From the NCBI GenBank assembly GCA_963768855.1, contig CAVYJM010000010.1, positions 128,001 to 192,000 on the forward strand: a DNA stretch of 64,000 nucleotides, written 5' to 3'. Position numbers and translations under genes: made by a program. This DNA is from an uncultured Thermoplasmata archaeon (GTDB lineage: Archaea; Thermoplasmatota; Thermoplasmata; RBG-16-68-12). Position 1 is the first letter of the stretch. Every line of letters starts with the position of its first letter. Shown here in pieces: positions 29,380 to 39,686 of the stretch. The notes under the pieces were generated by a model. That model did no database searches. It saw only the letters and a program-made list of their open reading frames with translations, and was not told where the DNA came from.

Positions 29380-30186
29380 TCACTGGCGGGAGATCTTCTC
29401 TTCGAACCGCTTGTAGAAGTCGTCCCGGAACCGGATGAAGCGGGCCGGTCGCTCCGAGGCGGTCACGGAGATTGTCTCGGCCCCCTTGAGGTGCGTCTCG
29501 CGTTGGCCGTCCATGACGAGGAGGCACTCCTTCGGTTTGACGAGGCTGACGCGGACCTGGCTCGCCGCGGGGAAAACGTGAGGCCGGCAGGACGGCTTGA
29601 ACGGCGCGATCGCGTTCAGGATGATCGCGGGCACACGTGGGTCGACGATGGGCCCGCCGACGGACATCGAGTACGACGTCGAGCCGGTCGGCGTCGCGAG
29701 GATTATCGCGTCCGCCCGCACGCGGGTCACGAGGGCGTCGTCGAGGTGGACCTCGAAGTGGCGGATCTTCGCCACCTGGGCCGTGTGGACCACGACCTCG
29801 TTGAGGCAGTCGAAGAGCCGCTGCCCGTCGACCGTGACCTTCAGCCGCAGGCGTTCCTCGACCTTGTAGTCCGTCCGCACGATGCGCCCGAGGAAGGTCT
29901 CAACCTCGTTCGCGTAGACCTCCGCCAGGAACCCGAGCGAGCCCGAGTTGATCCCGAGGATGGGCGCCTCCGTGAGTTGCAGGGCCCGCAGGATCGTCCC
30001 GTCGCCGCCGACCGCGAGGATGATGTCCGGCTTCATGTGGGCCAGCGGGACGCCCGTGCGGCCAACGTCCTTCGCGATCTCCGTCTCCAGGACGACCTCG
30101 TGCTTCGGTTCCAGGAACCGGAGGATCGTCTTTGTCGCCTCGAGGGAATCGGGGATGTGCGGGTTCGCGGTGATGCCGAACTTCAT
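29380..30186 (-). CDS. ppnK: NAD(+) kinase
   Basis: GGDGTIL, GSLGFL, LNEVV, ATPTGSTSYSMSVGGP. Confidence 0.95.
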   Translation of the reverse strand: MKFGITANPHIPDSLEATKTILRFLEPKHEVVLETEIAKDVGRTGVPLAHMKPDIILAVGGDGTILRALQLTEAPILGINSGSLGFLAEVYANEVETFLGRIVRTDYKVEERLRLKVTVDGQRLFDCLNEVVVHTAQVAKIRHFEVHLDDALVTRVRADAIILATPTGSTSYSMSVGGPIVDPRVPAIILNAIAPFKPSCRPHVFPAASQVRVSLVKPKECLLVMDGQRETHLKGAETISVTASERPARFIRFRDDFYKRFEEKISRQ

Positions 30187-30950
30187 TGGATCGCCTCCCA
30201 GGCCTTCCGGTCGCCGACGGCGACCAGGTCCGTGCGAGCGTCCGAGGTGAGGGGCAGGTCGAGGTCCTCTCCGTCGAGCGCGAGGACCTGGCCGCCCGCC
30301 TCACGGACGATGAGCGTCCCCGCCGCGATGTCGCATGCGCGGAGCTTGAGCTGGGGGACCGCGCTGTGCATGTAATACAGATCCGCTGCGCCGCGAGCGA
30401 CGAGGCAGAGGTCCAGGGAGGCGGCTCCGAGGTGCCGTACGCGACGGGCCTTCGCGGCGATCCGGGATGCCTCGGGGTGGGCGTTCGTTCCCAGGTACAC
30501 GCTGAAGAGGACATCCTTCGGGTCGAACGGTCTCGTCTCGATCCGGCGACCGTCGAGCGACGCGCCCTTCCCCTTCGCGGCGTAGTAGGTCGCTCCGCCG
30601 ACGAGGTCCCGAACGAGTCCCTCCTCGACGTCGCCGAGAGAATCCCGCCCGATGGCCATGGATACGGAGAAAGCGGGAACGCCGCGGAGGGCGTTGTGGG
30701 TGCCGTCCACGGGATCGAGCACGAGCACGCGGTCGCCTCCGCGCTCGACCACGCCGGCCTCCTCGCTGAGCACGTTCAGCTTGACCCGCTTCTCGTCCAG
30801 CCGCTTCAGGACCGCGGTCTCGGCAACCCGGTCGATGCGGGTGCTCGGAGCCCCGTCGGCGCCGCGGCCCAGGACATCCCCCGGGTTTCCTTGCAACGTG
30901 TCTACCGCCCGCTGGACGGCTCTCGCCAGATCAAGGAGGAGGGCCTTCAC
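30183..30950 (-). CDS. Inositol monophosphatase/FBPase-family phosphatase (possible NADP phosphatase)
   Basis: LSEE, LDPVDGTHN, GAASLDL, DIAAG; ATGA overlap with ppnK. Confidence 0.9.
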   Translation of the reverse strand: MKALLLDLARAVQRAVDTLQGNPGDVLGRGADGAPSTRIDRVAETAVLKRLDEKRVKLNVLSEEAGVVERGGDRVLVLDPVDGTHNALRGVPAFSVSMAIGRDSLGDVEEGLVRDLVGGATYYAAKGKGASLDGRRIETRPFDPKDVLFSVYLGTNAHPEASRIAAKARRVRHLGAASLDLCLVARGAADLYYMHSAVPQLKLRACDIAAGTLIVREAGGQVLALDGEDLDLPLTSDARTDLVAVGDRKAWEAIQ

Positions 30951-31125
30951 CGAGCGCGCTACCTCCTTGCCCCTAATAGACCTATTGCCGTGACCGCTGA
31001 GCTCGCCAACGCCGGCCAGTCTGGCGCGGCAGGACTCGACCCAACAATGAAACGCTTATATAGAAGTCCCAACATAGACTTGAGCCCCGGACATGAGTCC
31101 GTAGGGTTTCGGAGGCATGTAGACC

Positions 31126-32778
31126 ATGATGCCAGCAGGTACCCCGATCTTCGTTTTGAAAGAGGGAACGCGCCGAGAGCGCGGGAAGGGAGCGCAGTTC
31201 AACAACATCGCGGCCGCCAAAGCCGTGGCCGACGCGGTGCGATCGACCCTGGGTCCCCGGGGCATGGACAAGATGCTCGTGGACAGCCTGGGAGACGTCG
31301 TCATCACGAACGACGGGGTCACGATCTTGAAGGAGATCGACATCGAGCACCCGGCCGCCAAGATGCTCGTCGAGGTCGCGAAGACCCAGGACGAGGAGGC
31401 TGGCGACGGCACGACCACCGCGGTCATCCTCGCGGGCGAGCTCCTGAAGAAGGCCGAAGACCTCATCGACATGAACATCCATCCGACCGTGATTGCGTCC
31501 GGCTACCGACTCGCGAGCGTGAAGGCCCGGGACATCCTCGAGAAGATCGCCACCAAGATTTCGATCAAGGACCCGGACACTCTGAAGAAGGTCGCAATGA
31601 CCTCCATGTCCTCGAAGTCCTCGAGCGGCCACAAGGAGCACCTCGCCGACATCTCCGTGAAGGCCGTATCAACGGTTGCGGAGCAGCGGGCCGACGGCTC
31701 GTACTTCGTCGACGAGGACAACATCCAGATCGTCAAGAAGCAGGGCGGATCCATCGCCGACACGGAACTCGTCGACGGCATCATCGTCGACAAGGAGCGC
31801 GTGCACCCCGGCATGCCCTCCGAGATCAAGGATGCGAAGATCGCCTTGGTCGACGCGGCCCTTGAGGTCAAGAAGACCGAGATCGACGCGAAGATCGAGA
31901 TCACGGACCCGGCCCAGCTCCAGGCCTTCCTCAACGAGGAGGAAGGGATGCTGAAGCGGATGGTCGACACGGTGAAGAAGAGCGCCGCCACGGTCCTGTT
32001 CAGCCAGAAGGGCATCGACGACCTCGCCCAACACTACCTCGCGAAGGAGGGCATCTACGCCGTCCGGCGCGTCAAGAAGTCTGACATGGAGAAGCTCGCG
32101 AAGGCCACGGGCGGGAAGATCGTCACGAAGCTCGATGAGCTCGCCAAGGACGACCTCGGGTACGCCAAGATCGTCTTCGAGAAGAAGATCGGAGACGACT
32201 CTATGACGTTCGTCACGGGCTGCAAGAACCCGAAGGCCGTGTCCATCCTGATCCGCGGAGGCACGGAGCACGTCGTCGACGAGGTCGAGCGGTCCCTCGA
32301 GGACTCCACGAGCGTCGTTTCCGTCGCCATCGAGGACGGCAAGGTCGTGACCGGTGGCGGCTCCAGCGCGATGGAGATCGCCCTCGGCCTGCGCGATCAC
32401 GCCTCCACGGTCGGAGGGCGCGAGCAGATTGCGATCGAGGCCTTCGCCGACGCGATGGAAGCCGTCCCGCGCACCCTCGCCGAGAACGCCGGGCTGGACC
32501 CCATCGACATGCTGATTGAGCTCCGCAAGGAGCACAAGAAGGGCAACAAGAACGCCGGCGTGAACGTCTTCACCGGCAAGGTCTCCGACATGAAGAAGGA
32601 GAACGTGATCGAGCCGATCCGCGTGGGCAGCCAGGCCATCAGTTCCGCGACGGACGCGGCGGTCATGGTCCTCCGGATCGACGACGTCATTGCGTCCAAG
32701 TCCGGCGGCGCACCGGGCGGCAAGGGCCCGGGTGCCGGCGGCGAGGGCGACGAGGGCGGAGCCGGAGAAGAGTTCTGA
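31126..32778 (+). CDS. Thermosome subunit (group II chaperonin)
   Basis: [33 protein letters not shown]. Confidence 0.97.
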   Translation: MMPAGTPIFVLKEGTRRERGKGAQFNNIAAAKAVADAVRSTLGPRGMDKMLVDSLGDVVITNDGVTILKEIDIEHPAAKMLVEVAKTQDEEAGDGTTTAVILAGELLKKAEDLIDMNIHPTVIASGYRLASVKARDILEKIATKISIKDPDTLKKVAMTSMSSKSSSGHKEHLADISVKAVSTVAEQRADGSYFVDEDNIQIVKKQGGSIADTELVDGIIVDKERVHPGMPSEIKDAKIALVDAALEVKKTEIDAKIEITDPAQLQAFLNEEEGMLKRMVDTVKKSAATVLFSQKGIDDLAQHYLAKEGIYAVRRVKKSDMEKLAKATGGKIVTKLDELAKDDLGYAKIVFEKKIGDDSMTFVTGCKNPKAVSILIRGGTEHVVDEVERSLEDSTSVVSVAIEDGKVVTGGGSSAMEIALGLRDHASTVGGREQIAIEAFADAMEAVPRTLAENAGLDPIDMLIELRKEHKKGNKNAGVNVFTGKVSDMKKENVIEPIRVGSQAISSATDAAVMVLRIDDVIASKSGGAPGGKGPGAGGEGDEGGAGEEF

Positions 32779-32808
32779 GGGGGCCGATCGGGAGGCCCCG
32801 CGGCCCCC
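32779..32808 (+). terminator. GC hairpin after the thermosome gene
   Basis: GGGGGCCG / CGGCCCCC 8-bp stem. Confidence 0.25.
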
Positions 32809-32818
32809 GGGGGTCTCC

Positions 32819-33250
32819 ATGAACGAGGAACGCGACTCGGACCCGGCCGGAGCGCCGGACACGGCGAACCACCCGCGAGGGCGGCGCAAGCCCGTGCCCT
32901 CCCTCCCCGGGCCTAATCCCGCCTCCGGGCGGCCGGCCCTTGCGGCGCCGTCTCCGACGGTCGACCCGCCATCCGCCCGCATTCCCACCGCCGAGGTGAC
33001 GCTCTCCCCGAGCCACGTCTACGTGACCGTTGAGCTGCCCGGCGCCCCGAAGGACGCGCTGGACATCCAGGCGACCGAGGCCTCGCTGACGATTGATGCG
33101 AAACGCGTCCAGGGGCCGGCCTATCATCTCGAACTGGCGTTGCCCGCCTCCGTGAAGCCGGGATCGGCGAAGGCGACGTACCTCAACGGCATCCTCGACG
33201 TGACCCTGACCCGCGCGAGGCGATCCGGAGGTGACCGTCATGGCGCATGA
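32819..33250 (+). CDS. Hsp20/alpha-crystallin-like small heat shock protein
   Basis: VTVELPG...KATYLNGILDVTL. Confidence 0.85.
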   Translation: MNEERDSDPAGAPDTANHPRGRRKPVPSLPGPNPASGRPALAAPSPTVDPPSARIPTAEVTLSPSHVYVTVELPGAPKDALDIQATEASLTIDAKRVQGPAYHLELALPASVKPGSAKATYLNGILDVTLTRARRSGGDRHGA

Positions 33251-33782
33251 AGCACCGAAGGTGAAACCCGAGCCCCCGGAGACGCCCCTCGAGGAACCCG
33301 GGGAAGCCCCGCCGGAGTCTGCGGCGCCCTCGGAGCTCGAGATCGAGCGGAGGCGGAACGAGGAGCTCCTGAACCGGCTCAAGTATCTCCAGGCCGACTT
33401 CGAGAACTACCGCAAGCGCGTTTCGCGGGAGACCGAGGCCGTCGTCAAGCTGGCCAACGAGGCGCTCGTTGTCCGCCTCCTGCCGATCCTCGACGACATG
33501 GATGCGGCGCTCCTGCACTTGGACGGCGAGCCGGCGAAAGGCGTCCGCATGGTCCAAGAGAATCTATTGAAGGCCCTTCGGGCCGCGGGACTCGAGGAGA
33601 TCCCGGCCGAGGGCGAGAAGTTCGATCCATACGTGCACGACTGCGTCCAGCAGGTGGCCGACCCCGGGCGGGAGGACGGCGCCGTGGCGGAGGTCGTGCG
33701 GAAGGGGTACCGGCTGCAGGACCACATCCTGCGTCCCGCTCAAGTCATTGTCATCCAGAACAGAGGTGAAAACCATGCCTAA
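33240..33782 (+). CDS. grpE: Nucleotide exchange factor GrpE
   Basis: [25 protein letters not shown]. Confidence 0.95.
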   Translation: MAHEAPKVKPEPPETPLEEPGEAPPESAAPSELEIERRRNEELLNRLKYLQADFENYRKRVSRETEAVVKLANEALVVRLLPILDDMDAALLHLDGEPAKGVRMVQENLLKALRAAGLEEIPAEGEKFDPYVHDCVQQVADPGREDGAVAEVVRKGYRLQDHILRPAQVIVIQNRGENHA

Positions 33783-35619
33783 AATCATCGGAATCGACCT
33801 CGGCACGACAAACTCCGAGGCCGCGTACATGGAAGCGGGAACGCCCAAGATCATCCCGAGCGCGGAGGGCAGCGCCTACGGCGGGAAGATGTTCCCGTCC
33901 GTGGTCGCGTTCACGAAGGACGGAATCCTCGTGGGCGAGCCCGCGAAGCGCCAGGCCGTCCTGAATCCGGACAAAACCGTCATGCAGATCAAGCGGAAGA
34001 TGGGGACGGACTACAAGGTCCGGATCGAGGGGAAGGACTACACCCCGCCGGAGATCTCCGCGATGATCCTGCGGAAGATCCGGACGGACGCGGAGGCGTT
34101 CCTGGGCGAGAAGATCACGCAGGCCGTCATCACGGTGCCCGCGTACTTCAACGACAACCAGCGCCAGGCCACGAAGGACGCCGGCAAGATCGCCGGCCTC
34201 GAGGTGCTGCGGCTCGTGAACGAGCCGACGGCCGCGGCCTTGGCGTATGGGCTGGACAAGAAGGGCGAGGGCAAGATCGCCGTCCTCGACCTCGGGGGCG
34301 GCACGTTCGACGTGACGCTCATGGAGATGGGCGAGGGCGTGTTCGAGGTCATCGCCACGTCCGGCGACACGGCCCTTGGCGGGATGGACATGGACAACGC
34401 GGTGATCCAGTGGCTCGTCTCCGAGTTCCGGTCCGAGCAGGGGATCGACCTCTCCGCGGACAAGCAGGCTCTTCAGCGCCTGCGCGACGCGGCCGAGAAG
34501 GCCAAGATCGAGCTCACGAGCGCGGTCGAGACGACAATCAACCTCCCGTTCATCGCGCAGAAGGGCGGGCAGCCCGTCCACCTGGAGAAGAAGGTGACGC
34601 GGTCCAAGCTCGAGCAGCTCATCGAACCCGTCCTGGCGCGCCTCGAGGCGCCCATCCGCGGCGCGTTCAACGACGCGAAGTGGAGCTTCTCGGATGTCAA
34701 CCACACCATCCTCGTCGGCGGCCCGACCCGCATGCCCGTCGTCCGCGAGCGCTTCGAGCGCATCCTCGGACGGCCCGCGGAAAGGACCGTCGACCCGATG
34801 CAGTGCGTCGCGCTCGGCGCGGCGATCCAGGGAGCCGTGCTCAGCGGCGATGTGAAGGACATCGTCCTCCTCGACGTGACGCCGCTCAGCCTGGGCGTCG
34901 AGACCCAGGGCGGCGTGTTCCACAAGCTGATCGAGCGGAACACGACGATCCCCACGAAGAAGAGCGACATCTTCACGACCGCGGCGGACGGCCAGACGGT
35001 CGTCGAGGTCCACGTCCTCCAAGGGGAGCGCTCCATGGCCTCGGACAACATCAGCCTGGGGAGATTCTACCTCCAGGGCATCCCGCCCGCGCCGCGCCAC
35101 GTGCCCCAGATCGAGGTCGCGTTCGACATCGACGCGAACGGGATCCTGAACGTCTCGGCCACGGACAAGGCGACGGGCAAGAGCGAGAAGCTCACGATCA
35201 TGGCGCCGCAGCGGATGGACCCGTCCAAGATCGACCAGGCCATCCGGGATGCCCAGTCCCACGCCGAGGACGACCGGCGCCGCCGCGAGCTCGTCGAGGC
35301 CCACAACCAGGGCGAGGCGCTGGTCTACGCGACGGAGAAGCTGCTCAAGGAGCAGGGCGCGAACATCTCCGAGGCCACGAAGAAGGAGGTCCAGGAGAAG
35401 ATCGACGCGCTCAAGAAGGTCCTGGCCTCGGACGACCTGTCCCAGCTGCGCCGGGCGATCGAGGAGCTGAACGCCGCGAGCCAGAAGATCGGGATCGAGA
35501 TGTACCAGAAGAGCGGCGCCGCCGCGGCCCCTCCCCCAACGGGCGGGTCGGAGGGGTCGGGCGACTCGTCGGAACCGGGGGTCGTGGACGCGAACTTCGA
35601 GGACGTGGACAAGAAGTGA
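33775..35619 (+). CDS. dnaK: Chaperone DnaK (Hsp70)
   Basis: [35 protein letters not shown]. Confidence 0.98.
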   Translation: MPKIIGIDLGTTNSEAAYMEAGTPKIIPSAEGSAYGGKMFPSVVAFTKDGILVGEPAKRQAVLNPDKTVMQIKRKMGTDYKVRIEGKDYTPPEISAMILRKIRTDAEAFLGEKITQAVITVPAYFNDNQRQATKDAGKIAGLEVLRLVNEPTAAALAYGLDKKGEGKIAVLDLGGGTFDVTLMEMGEGVFEVIATSGDTALGGMDMDNAVIQWLVSEFRSEQGIDLSADKQALQRLRDAAEKAKIELTSAVETTINLPFIAQKGGQPVHLEKKVTRSKLEQLIEPVLARLEAPIRGAFNDAKWSFSDVNHTILVGGPTRMPVVRERFERILGRPAERTVDPMQCVALGAAIQGAVLSGDVKDIVLLDVTPLSLGVETQGGVFHKLIERNTTIPTKKSDIFTTAADGQTVVEVHVLQGERSMASDNISLGRFYLQGIPPAPRHVPQIEVAFDIDANGILNVSATDKATGKSEKLTIMAPQRMDPSKIDQAIRDAQSHAEDDRRRRELVEAHNQGEALVYATEKLLKEQGANISEATKKEVQEKIDALKKVLASDDLSQLRRAIEELNAASQKIGIEMYQKSGAAAAPPPTGGSEGSGDSSEPGVVDANFEDVDKK

Positions 35620-35654
35620 AGTAGCCACGGCGCATGTGGACGGAAGAACGCGGT

Positions 35655-36827
35655 ATGGCCGGACCGGACTACTACGAGACCCTCGGCGTCCCTCGCGGGG
35701 CATCCAAGGACGAGATCAAGCGGGCCTATCGCAGGCTGGCCAAGAAGTACCATCCGGACCTGAACAAGGACGACCCCAAGGCCGCCGAGGAGAAGTTCAA
35801 GCAGGTCTCCGAGGCCTACGAGGTCCTCGCCGACGATGAGAAACGTCGCATCTACGACCAGTTCGGCCCCGAGGGCCTCAAGCAGCAGGTGTGGGGCGGC
35901 CAGGGTTTCGATTGGGACCGCTTCACCCACGCCGCCGACGTGGAGGACATCTTCGGTCGCGACTTCTTCGAGACCTTCTTCCGGGGCGGAGGCTTGGGCG
36001 GAGGCGGGCTGTTTGACCAGTTCTTCGGCGGCGGGATGGGCCGGCCGCGAGGCCCCGCCTCCGGGCGTTCGTTCCGCGTCGATGCGGAGGTCCGGCTCGA
36101 GGACCTGCTCCATGGTTCCCGCAAGGAGCTCACCCTCCGGGCTCCGCAGTCCTGCCCCGCCTGCCAGGGGACCGGCGCGGAAGGAGGCAAGCTCGTGACG
36201 TGCCCGACCTGCAAGGGTCGCGGCCAGGTGACCAGCTCCGCACGCCGCGGGTACAGCCAGTTCGTCACGATCACCCCGTGTCCCAAGTGCCAGGGCCGCG
36301 GGAAGTGGCCCGAGGCTCCCTGCCGCCGGTGCGCGGGCGCCGGCCGCATCACGGAGCCGAGGACTGTCGCCGTGGAGATCCCCGCGGGCGCTCCGGACGG
36401 CCTCCAGCTGCGGATTCGCGGCCACGGGGAGGCAGGGGAAGCGGGAGCCCGACCCGGCGATCTCTTCGTGGTCGTCCACGTCGCCCCCCATCCTACCTTC
36501 GAGCGGGACGGGGAGGACGTGATCATGACCCTGCCGATCACCTACCCGCAGGCGGCCCTGGGCGCCGAGGTCGAGATCCCGACCCTGGACGGATCCGCGC
36601 GTCTCCATGTCCCGCCGGGGACGCAGTCCCATTCTCTGCTGCGCCTGCGCGGGAAAGGCTTACCTCGCCTCCAAGGCGGAGGCCGGGGCGACCAGCTCGT
36701 CCGAGTGGTCGTCGCGACGCCGGAGAAGGTCTCGGCCGAGGAGCGGAAGCTCCTCGAACGCCTGGCGGAGCTCCAGGGAAGCGCCGATGTCCGGCGGGGC
36801 GTCTTCGATCGGTTCCGGAATCCCTAG
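35655..36827 (+). CDS. dnaJ: Chaperone DnaJ
   Basis: J-domain HPD; four CxxCxGxG repeats. Confidence 0.97.
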   Translation: MAGPDYYETLGVPRGASKDEIKRAYRRLAKKYHPDLNKDDPKAAEEKFKQVSEAYEVLADDEKRRIYDQFGPEGLKQQVWGGQGFDWDRFTHAADVEDIFGRDFFETFFRGGGLGGGGLFDQFFGGGMGRPRGPASGRSFRVDAEVRLEDLLHGSRKELTLRAPQSCPACQGTGAEGGKLVTCPTCKGRGQVTSSARRGYSQFVTITPCPKCQGRGKWPEAPCRRCAGAGRITEPRTVAVEIPAGAPDGLQLRIRGHGEAGEAGARPGDLFVVVHVAPHPTFERDGEDVIMTLPITYPQAALGAEVEIPTLDGSARLHVPPGTQSHSLLRLRGKGLPRLQGGGRGDQLVRVVVATPEKVSAEERKLLERLAELQGSADVRRGVFDRFRNP

Positions 36828-36985
36828 GGGAACGGGATGCCGGACAGGTAGGAGACGAGCTTGATCATTCCGTAGAAGGCGACGAGGGCTCCCACCACCG
36901 TCAGAATCGCGAGTGCGTCCCGGAGCAACAAGCCTTTGGCGTCGAGGTCCGGCGCCGCTTGTACCTGAGAGGAATTGGCCTGCAC
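36824..36985 (-). CDS. Small single-pass membrane protein, 53 aa
   Basis: Not in track. GTG start, GGGGAG SD; ...[32 protein letters not shown]; stop overlaps the dnaJ stop in CTAG. Confidence 0.55.
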   Translation of the reverse strand: MQANSSQVQAAPDLDAKGLLLRDALAILTVVGALVAFYGMIKLVSYLSGIPFP

Positions 36986-37130
36986 GGTGGTTTCTCCCCG
37001 GGATTCGATGGAGACGGCGCATATGAATCGCTTCCGCTCTGGTTGTCACGCGTGTGAATCATTCCTGGTAACAACGGCCCGGGGCGCGCAATCGGACAAG
37101 ATTATCTCGCCCGACTCCGTTCGCGCTGGC

Positions 37131-37889
37131 GTGCGCAAGGTGCTGGGCATCCTGACGGAGGACTTCCGCCTCTACCACGACCTGGTCGGCGCGCTCAAGG
37201 CTCGGGGCGCTCCCTTCACGAGTCTTTCGTTTTCCCGCCGCGTCCCGGAGACGGTTGGGGCCGTCCTCACATCGGCGGCCGAGGCGCCGCGGATCCGGTT
37301 CAAGAACGTGGTCGTGGTCCACGACCTCGACAACGCGATCGCCCGCGCCCTCCAGCTCCTGAAGGGGAAGACGGAGTGGACAGAACTCCTCATCGGCGTG
37401 GATCCGGGTCATGAGCCCGGGGTCGCGGTCGTCGGGGACGGCGACGTCCTCGACACGTACCTCGCGCCCAGCCCCGAGGCCGTCCGGGACCAGGTGCGTA
37501 CCGCCCTCCGGACATTCCCGGCGAAGCGGGTGCGCGTGCGGGTCGGCCACGGCGATCCGACGAACCGGAACCGCATCCTGAACTCCCTGGCGGACGACGG
37601 TCTCCGCCTCGAGATCGTCGACGAGGCGGGCACGACCCACCGGACGCCCCAACCGGACCTGGACGCCGCCGTCGACATCGCCCGGACTCCCGGCGTGCGG
37701 GTCGAACCCCCGTTCGAGGTGCGGCCGACGCCCGGAGAGGTGCGCGAGATCCAGCGGCGGTCCCGTCTGCAGAGCGGCGGCCAGGTGACGATCTCCTCGG
37801 AGCTCGCGAACGGCGTGGCACAGGGGAAGCTGACCCTGGACGAGGCCGTTGCCCGGCAGCGGCGGCGCGACCGGAGTTCAAAGGACTGA
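37131..37889 (+). CDS. Hypothetical protein with RNase H-like (YqgF/RuvX-type) motifs
   Basis: IGVDPG, IVDEAGTT, PDLDAAVDIA. Confidence 0.7.
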   Translation: MRKVLGILTEDFRLYHDLVGALKARGAPFTSLSFSRRVPETVGAVLTSAAEAPRIRFKNVVVVHDLDNAIARALQLLKGKTEWTELLIGVDPGHEPGVAVVGDGDVLDTYLAPSPEAVRDQVRTALRTFPAKRVRVRVGHGDPTNRNRILNSLADDGLRLEIVDEAGTTHRTPQPDLDAAVDIARTPGVRVEPPFEVRPTPGEVREIQRRSRLQSGGQVTISSELANGVAQGKLTLDEAVARQRRRDRSSKD

Positions 37890-38291
37890 CGCGTACCGGG
37901 CCTCGAGTTCCTTCCGCTTCTTGAAGTACATCTCTTCGGCGATCTCCCCGGAGGCCAGTCGGCCCTCGAGGGCCTCGAGCTCCCGATCGTAATCGAGGCG
38001 GAACAGGTCCCTGTACTCCTTCACGACCCTCTCCAGGAGGTCGAGCAGGTCCCTCCCTCGCTGCGTCACCTGGTACACGATTCGAGGCCGGCCGTTCGGC
38101 GGGAAGATGGCGGCGCGGTCGACGAGCCCCCACTGGAACAGCTCGAGGAGCTGCTTGTCCACGGACGTCCGTCGGATCTTGAGCTTCTTCGCGAGGTCTT
38201 CCGGGTGGTCGAACCCCTGCTGCAGGAGGCGGAGGATCTGGCGACGCGTCTCGGACGACGCGATGCGGACAAGCTCGAGCGGTTCCGGCAT
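37878..38291 (-). CDS. ArsR/wHTH transcriptional regulator with C-terminal SHOCT-like motif
   Basis: SETRRQILRLL, HTH, wing GRPRIVYQVT; LEGRLASGEIAEEMY. Confidence 0.85.
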   Translation of the reverse strand: MPEPLELVRIASSETRRQILRLLQQGFDHPEDLAKKLKIRRTSVDKQLLELFQWGLVDRAAIFPPNGRPRIVYQVTQRGRDLLDLLERVVKEYRDLFRLDYDRELEALEGRLASGEIAEEMYFKKRKELEARYASVL

Positions 38292-38351
38292 CGACGAGCC
38301 GGCGACCTCCCTGTGCCTACTTCAAAGTTCTTCCGCTCCCTGTCGGGACGT

Positions 38352-38369
38352 TTCTCCCGCGAAGGAGAA
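38352..38369. promoter_or_regulatory. Candidate operator TTCTCC-N6-GGAGAA
   Basis: Perfect 6-bp inverted repeat in the divergent intergenic region. Confidence 0.35.
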
Positions 38370-38447
38370 GATGATTTCTGCAGGGCTGAGGATGTTATTT
38401 CCGCCCGCGAGGCTTGGATAAGTACGCCGCCGTGGCTGTCTCGGGAC

Positions 38448-38651
38448 ATGTACCCGAACAAGACGGCGGGAATCTGGGAGACCGTGATGAGCGCCCTGTC
38501 CTTGGTGATCGTCCGAGGCAAGCCGCTGGCGAGCCGTCCGCGGCGCCGCCCGCTTCGGCCGGACCAGGACGCACAGAGGTCGATCCTCACGGCCGCGCGG
38601 CAGAAGGAAACCTATTTCCAGATGGCGCGACAGTTCCGGTGGAACCGATGA
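38448..38651 (+). CDS. Possible small basic protein, 67 aa
   Basis: MYPNKTAGIWETV...; GATAAG about 30 nt upstream; ATGA overlap with the next gene. Confidence 0.4.
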   Translation: MYPNKTAGIWETVMSALSLVIVRGKPLASRPRRRPLRPDQDAQRSILTAARQKETYFQMARQFRWNR

Positions 38652-39607
38652 AGCGCAAGGACATCCTCCAACGCCTCGAGGAGCGGCTGGCGCGGGGCGA
38701 GATTTCCGAGAAGACGTACCTCGACATCAAGGCCCGGTACGATGCGGAGCCCGAGGAGACGGAGGCTGCCGCCGCGCCAGGACCGAGCCTCGGGGACTCC
38801 ATCCACGAGACCGTGAGCCGGGCCACCGAGGAGGCCTTCCGGGCGAGCCAGGAGTCCATGCAGGCCGTCAACGACTCGATGGGGGCGATGCGGGAGTCCA
38901 TGCGGGCGACGCGCGATTCCGTGCGGGCGATGGACTTCGCAGGCATCGGCGTGAAGCTCAGCGGCGAGGAGATCAAGATCGTCGGCTCCGGCGTGGTCGC
39001 GGGAAACCCCGTGAAGACGATCGAGTTCAAGGCGGCCGGGAGCGCCCGGGTGAAGGGGCCGCTCGAGTGCGAGAGCGTGAAGGTCTCCGGCTCCTGCGAC
39101 TTCGACGGGGACGTCCAGTGCGTGGAGTTCCGGTCCTCCGGCTCGGCCCGAATCGCGGGTTCCCTCAAGGCGCAGGACGTGGACGTCAGCGGTTCGCTCG
39201 AGGTCTCGAAGGACATCGACGCGGTCGACATCTCCGCGAGCGGGGGCCTCCGGGTGGACGGGAACGTCCACGGCCAGGACTTCCACTCCTCGGGTGTCGT
39301 GCGGATCCCCGGGGAGCTCAAGGCGCAGGACGTGGACATCGAGCTCGGCGGGAGTTCGCAAATCGGCAAGATCGAGGGCCAGGATATCTCCGTGCGGGCG
39401 GCGGGCGGGTTCGTCCGTTCCCGCGGCGACCTGACCGTGGACCGCATCGTGGGCCAGGACGTCGCCCTCGTCGGGACGAACGCCGCCTACCTCGAGGGCC
39501 GCGACGTCCGGATCGGGCCCCACTGCCACATCGGCGTGGTCGTCGCGCAGGACCTCGTCGTGCACGAGTCGAGCGAGGTCAAGGAGCGCCGCATGCCGAA
39601 TGCCTGA
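38648..39607 (+). CDS. SHOCT + bactofilin-like (YhbE/YhbF-type) beta-helix protein
   Basis: N-terminal LEERLARGEISEKTY; 17-aa SGS-x4-G repeats; C-terminal GRDVRIGPHCHIG. Confidence 0.8.
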   Translation: MKRKDILQRLEERLARGEISEKTYLDIKARYDAEPEETEAAAAPGPSLGDSIHETVSRATEEAFRASQESMQAVNDSMGAMRESMRATRDSVRAMDFAGIGVKLSGEEIKIVGSGVVAGNPVKTIEFKAAGSARVKGPLECESVKVSGSCDFDGDVQCVEFRSSGSARIAGSLKAQDVDVSGSLEVSKDIDAVDISASGGLRVDGNVHGQDFHSSGVVRIPGELKAQDVDIELGGSSQIGKIEGQDISVRAAGGFVRSRGDLTVDRIVGQDVALVGTNAAYLEGRDVRIGPHCHIGVVVAQDLVVHESSEVKERRMPNA

Positions 39608-39686
39608 TTCGGCCCTTGGTCTCTCCATATGAAACATTGACAAACACCCCACAACGTTGATATAAGCCGGAGGGTTTTGAAGCGCC

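Noticed and set aside
31022-31045. tRNA-like 3' fragment (GGGTCGAGTCCTGCCGCGCCA, minus strand)
   Set aside because: T-loop lacks TTC, the stem is mismatched and there is no 5' half
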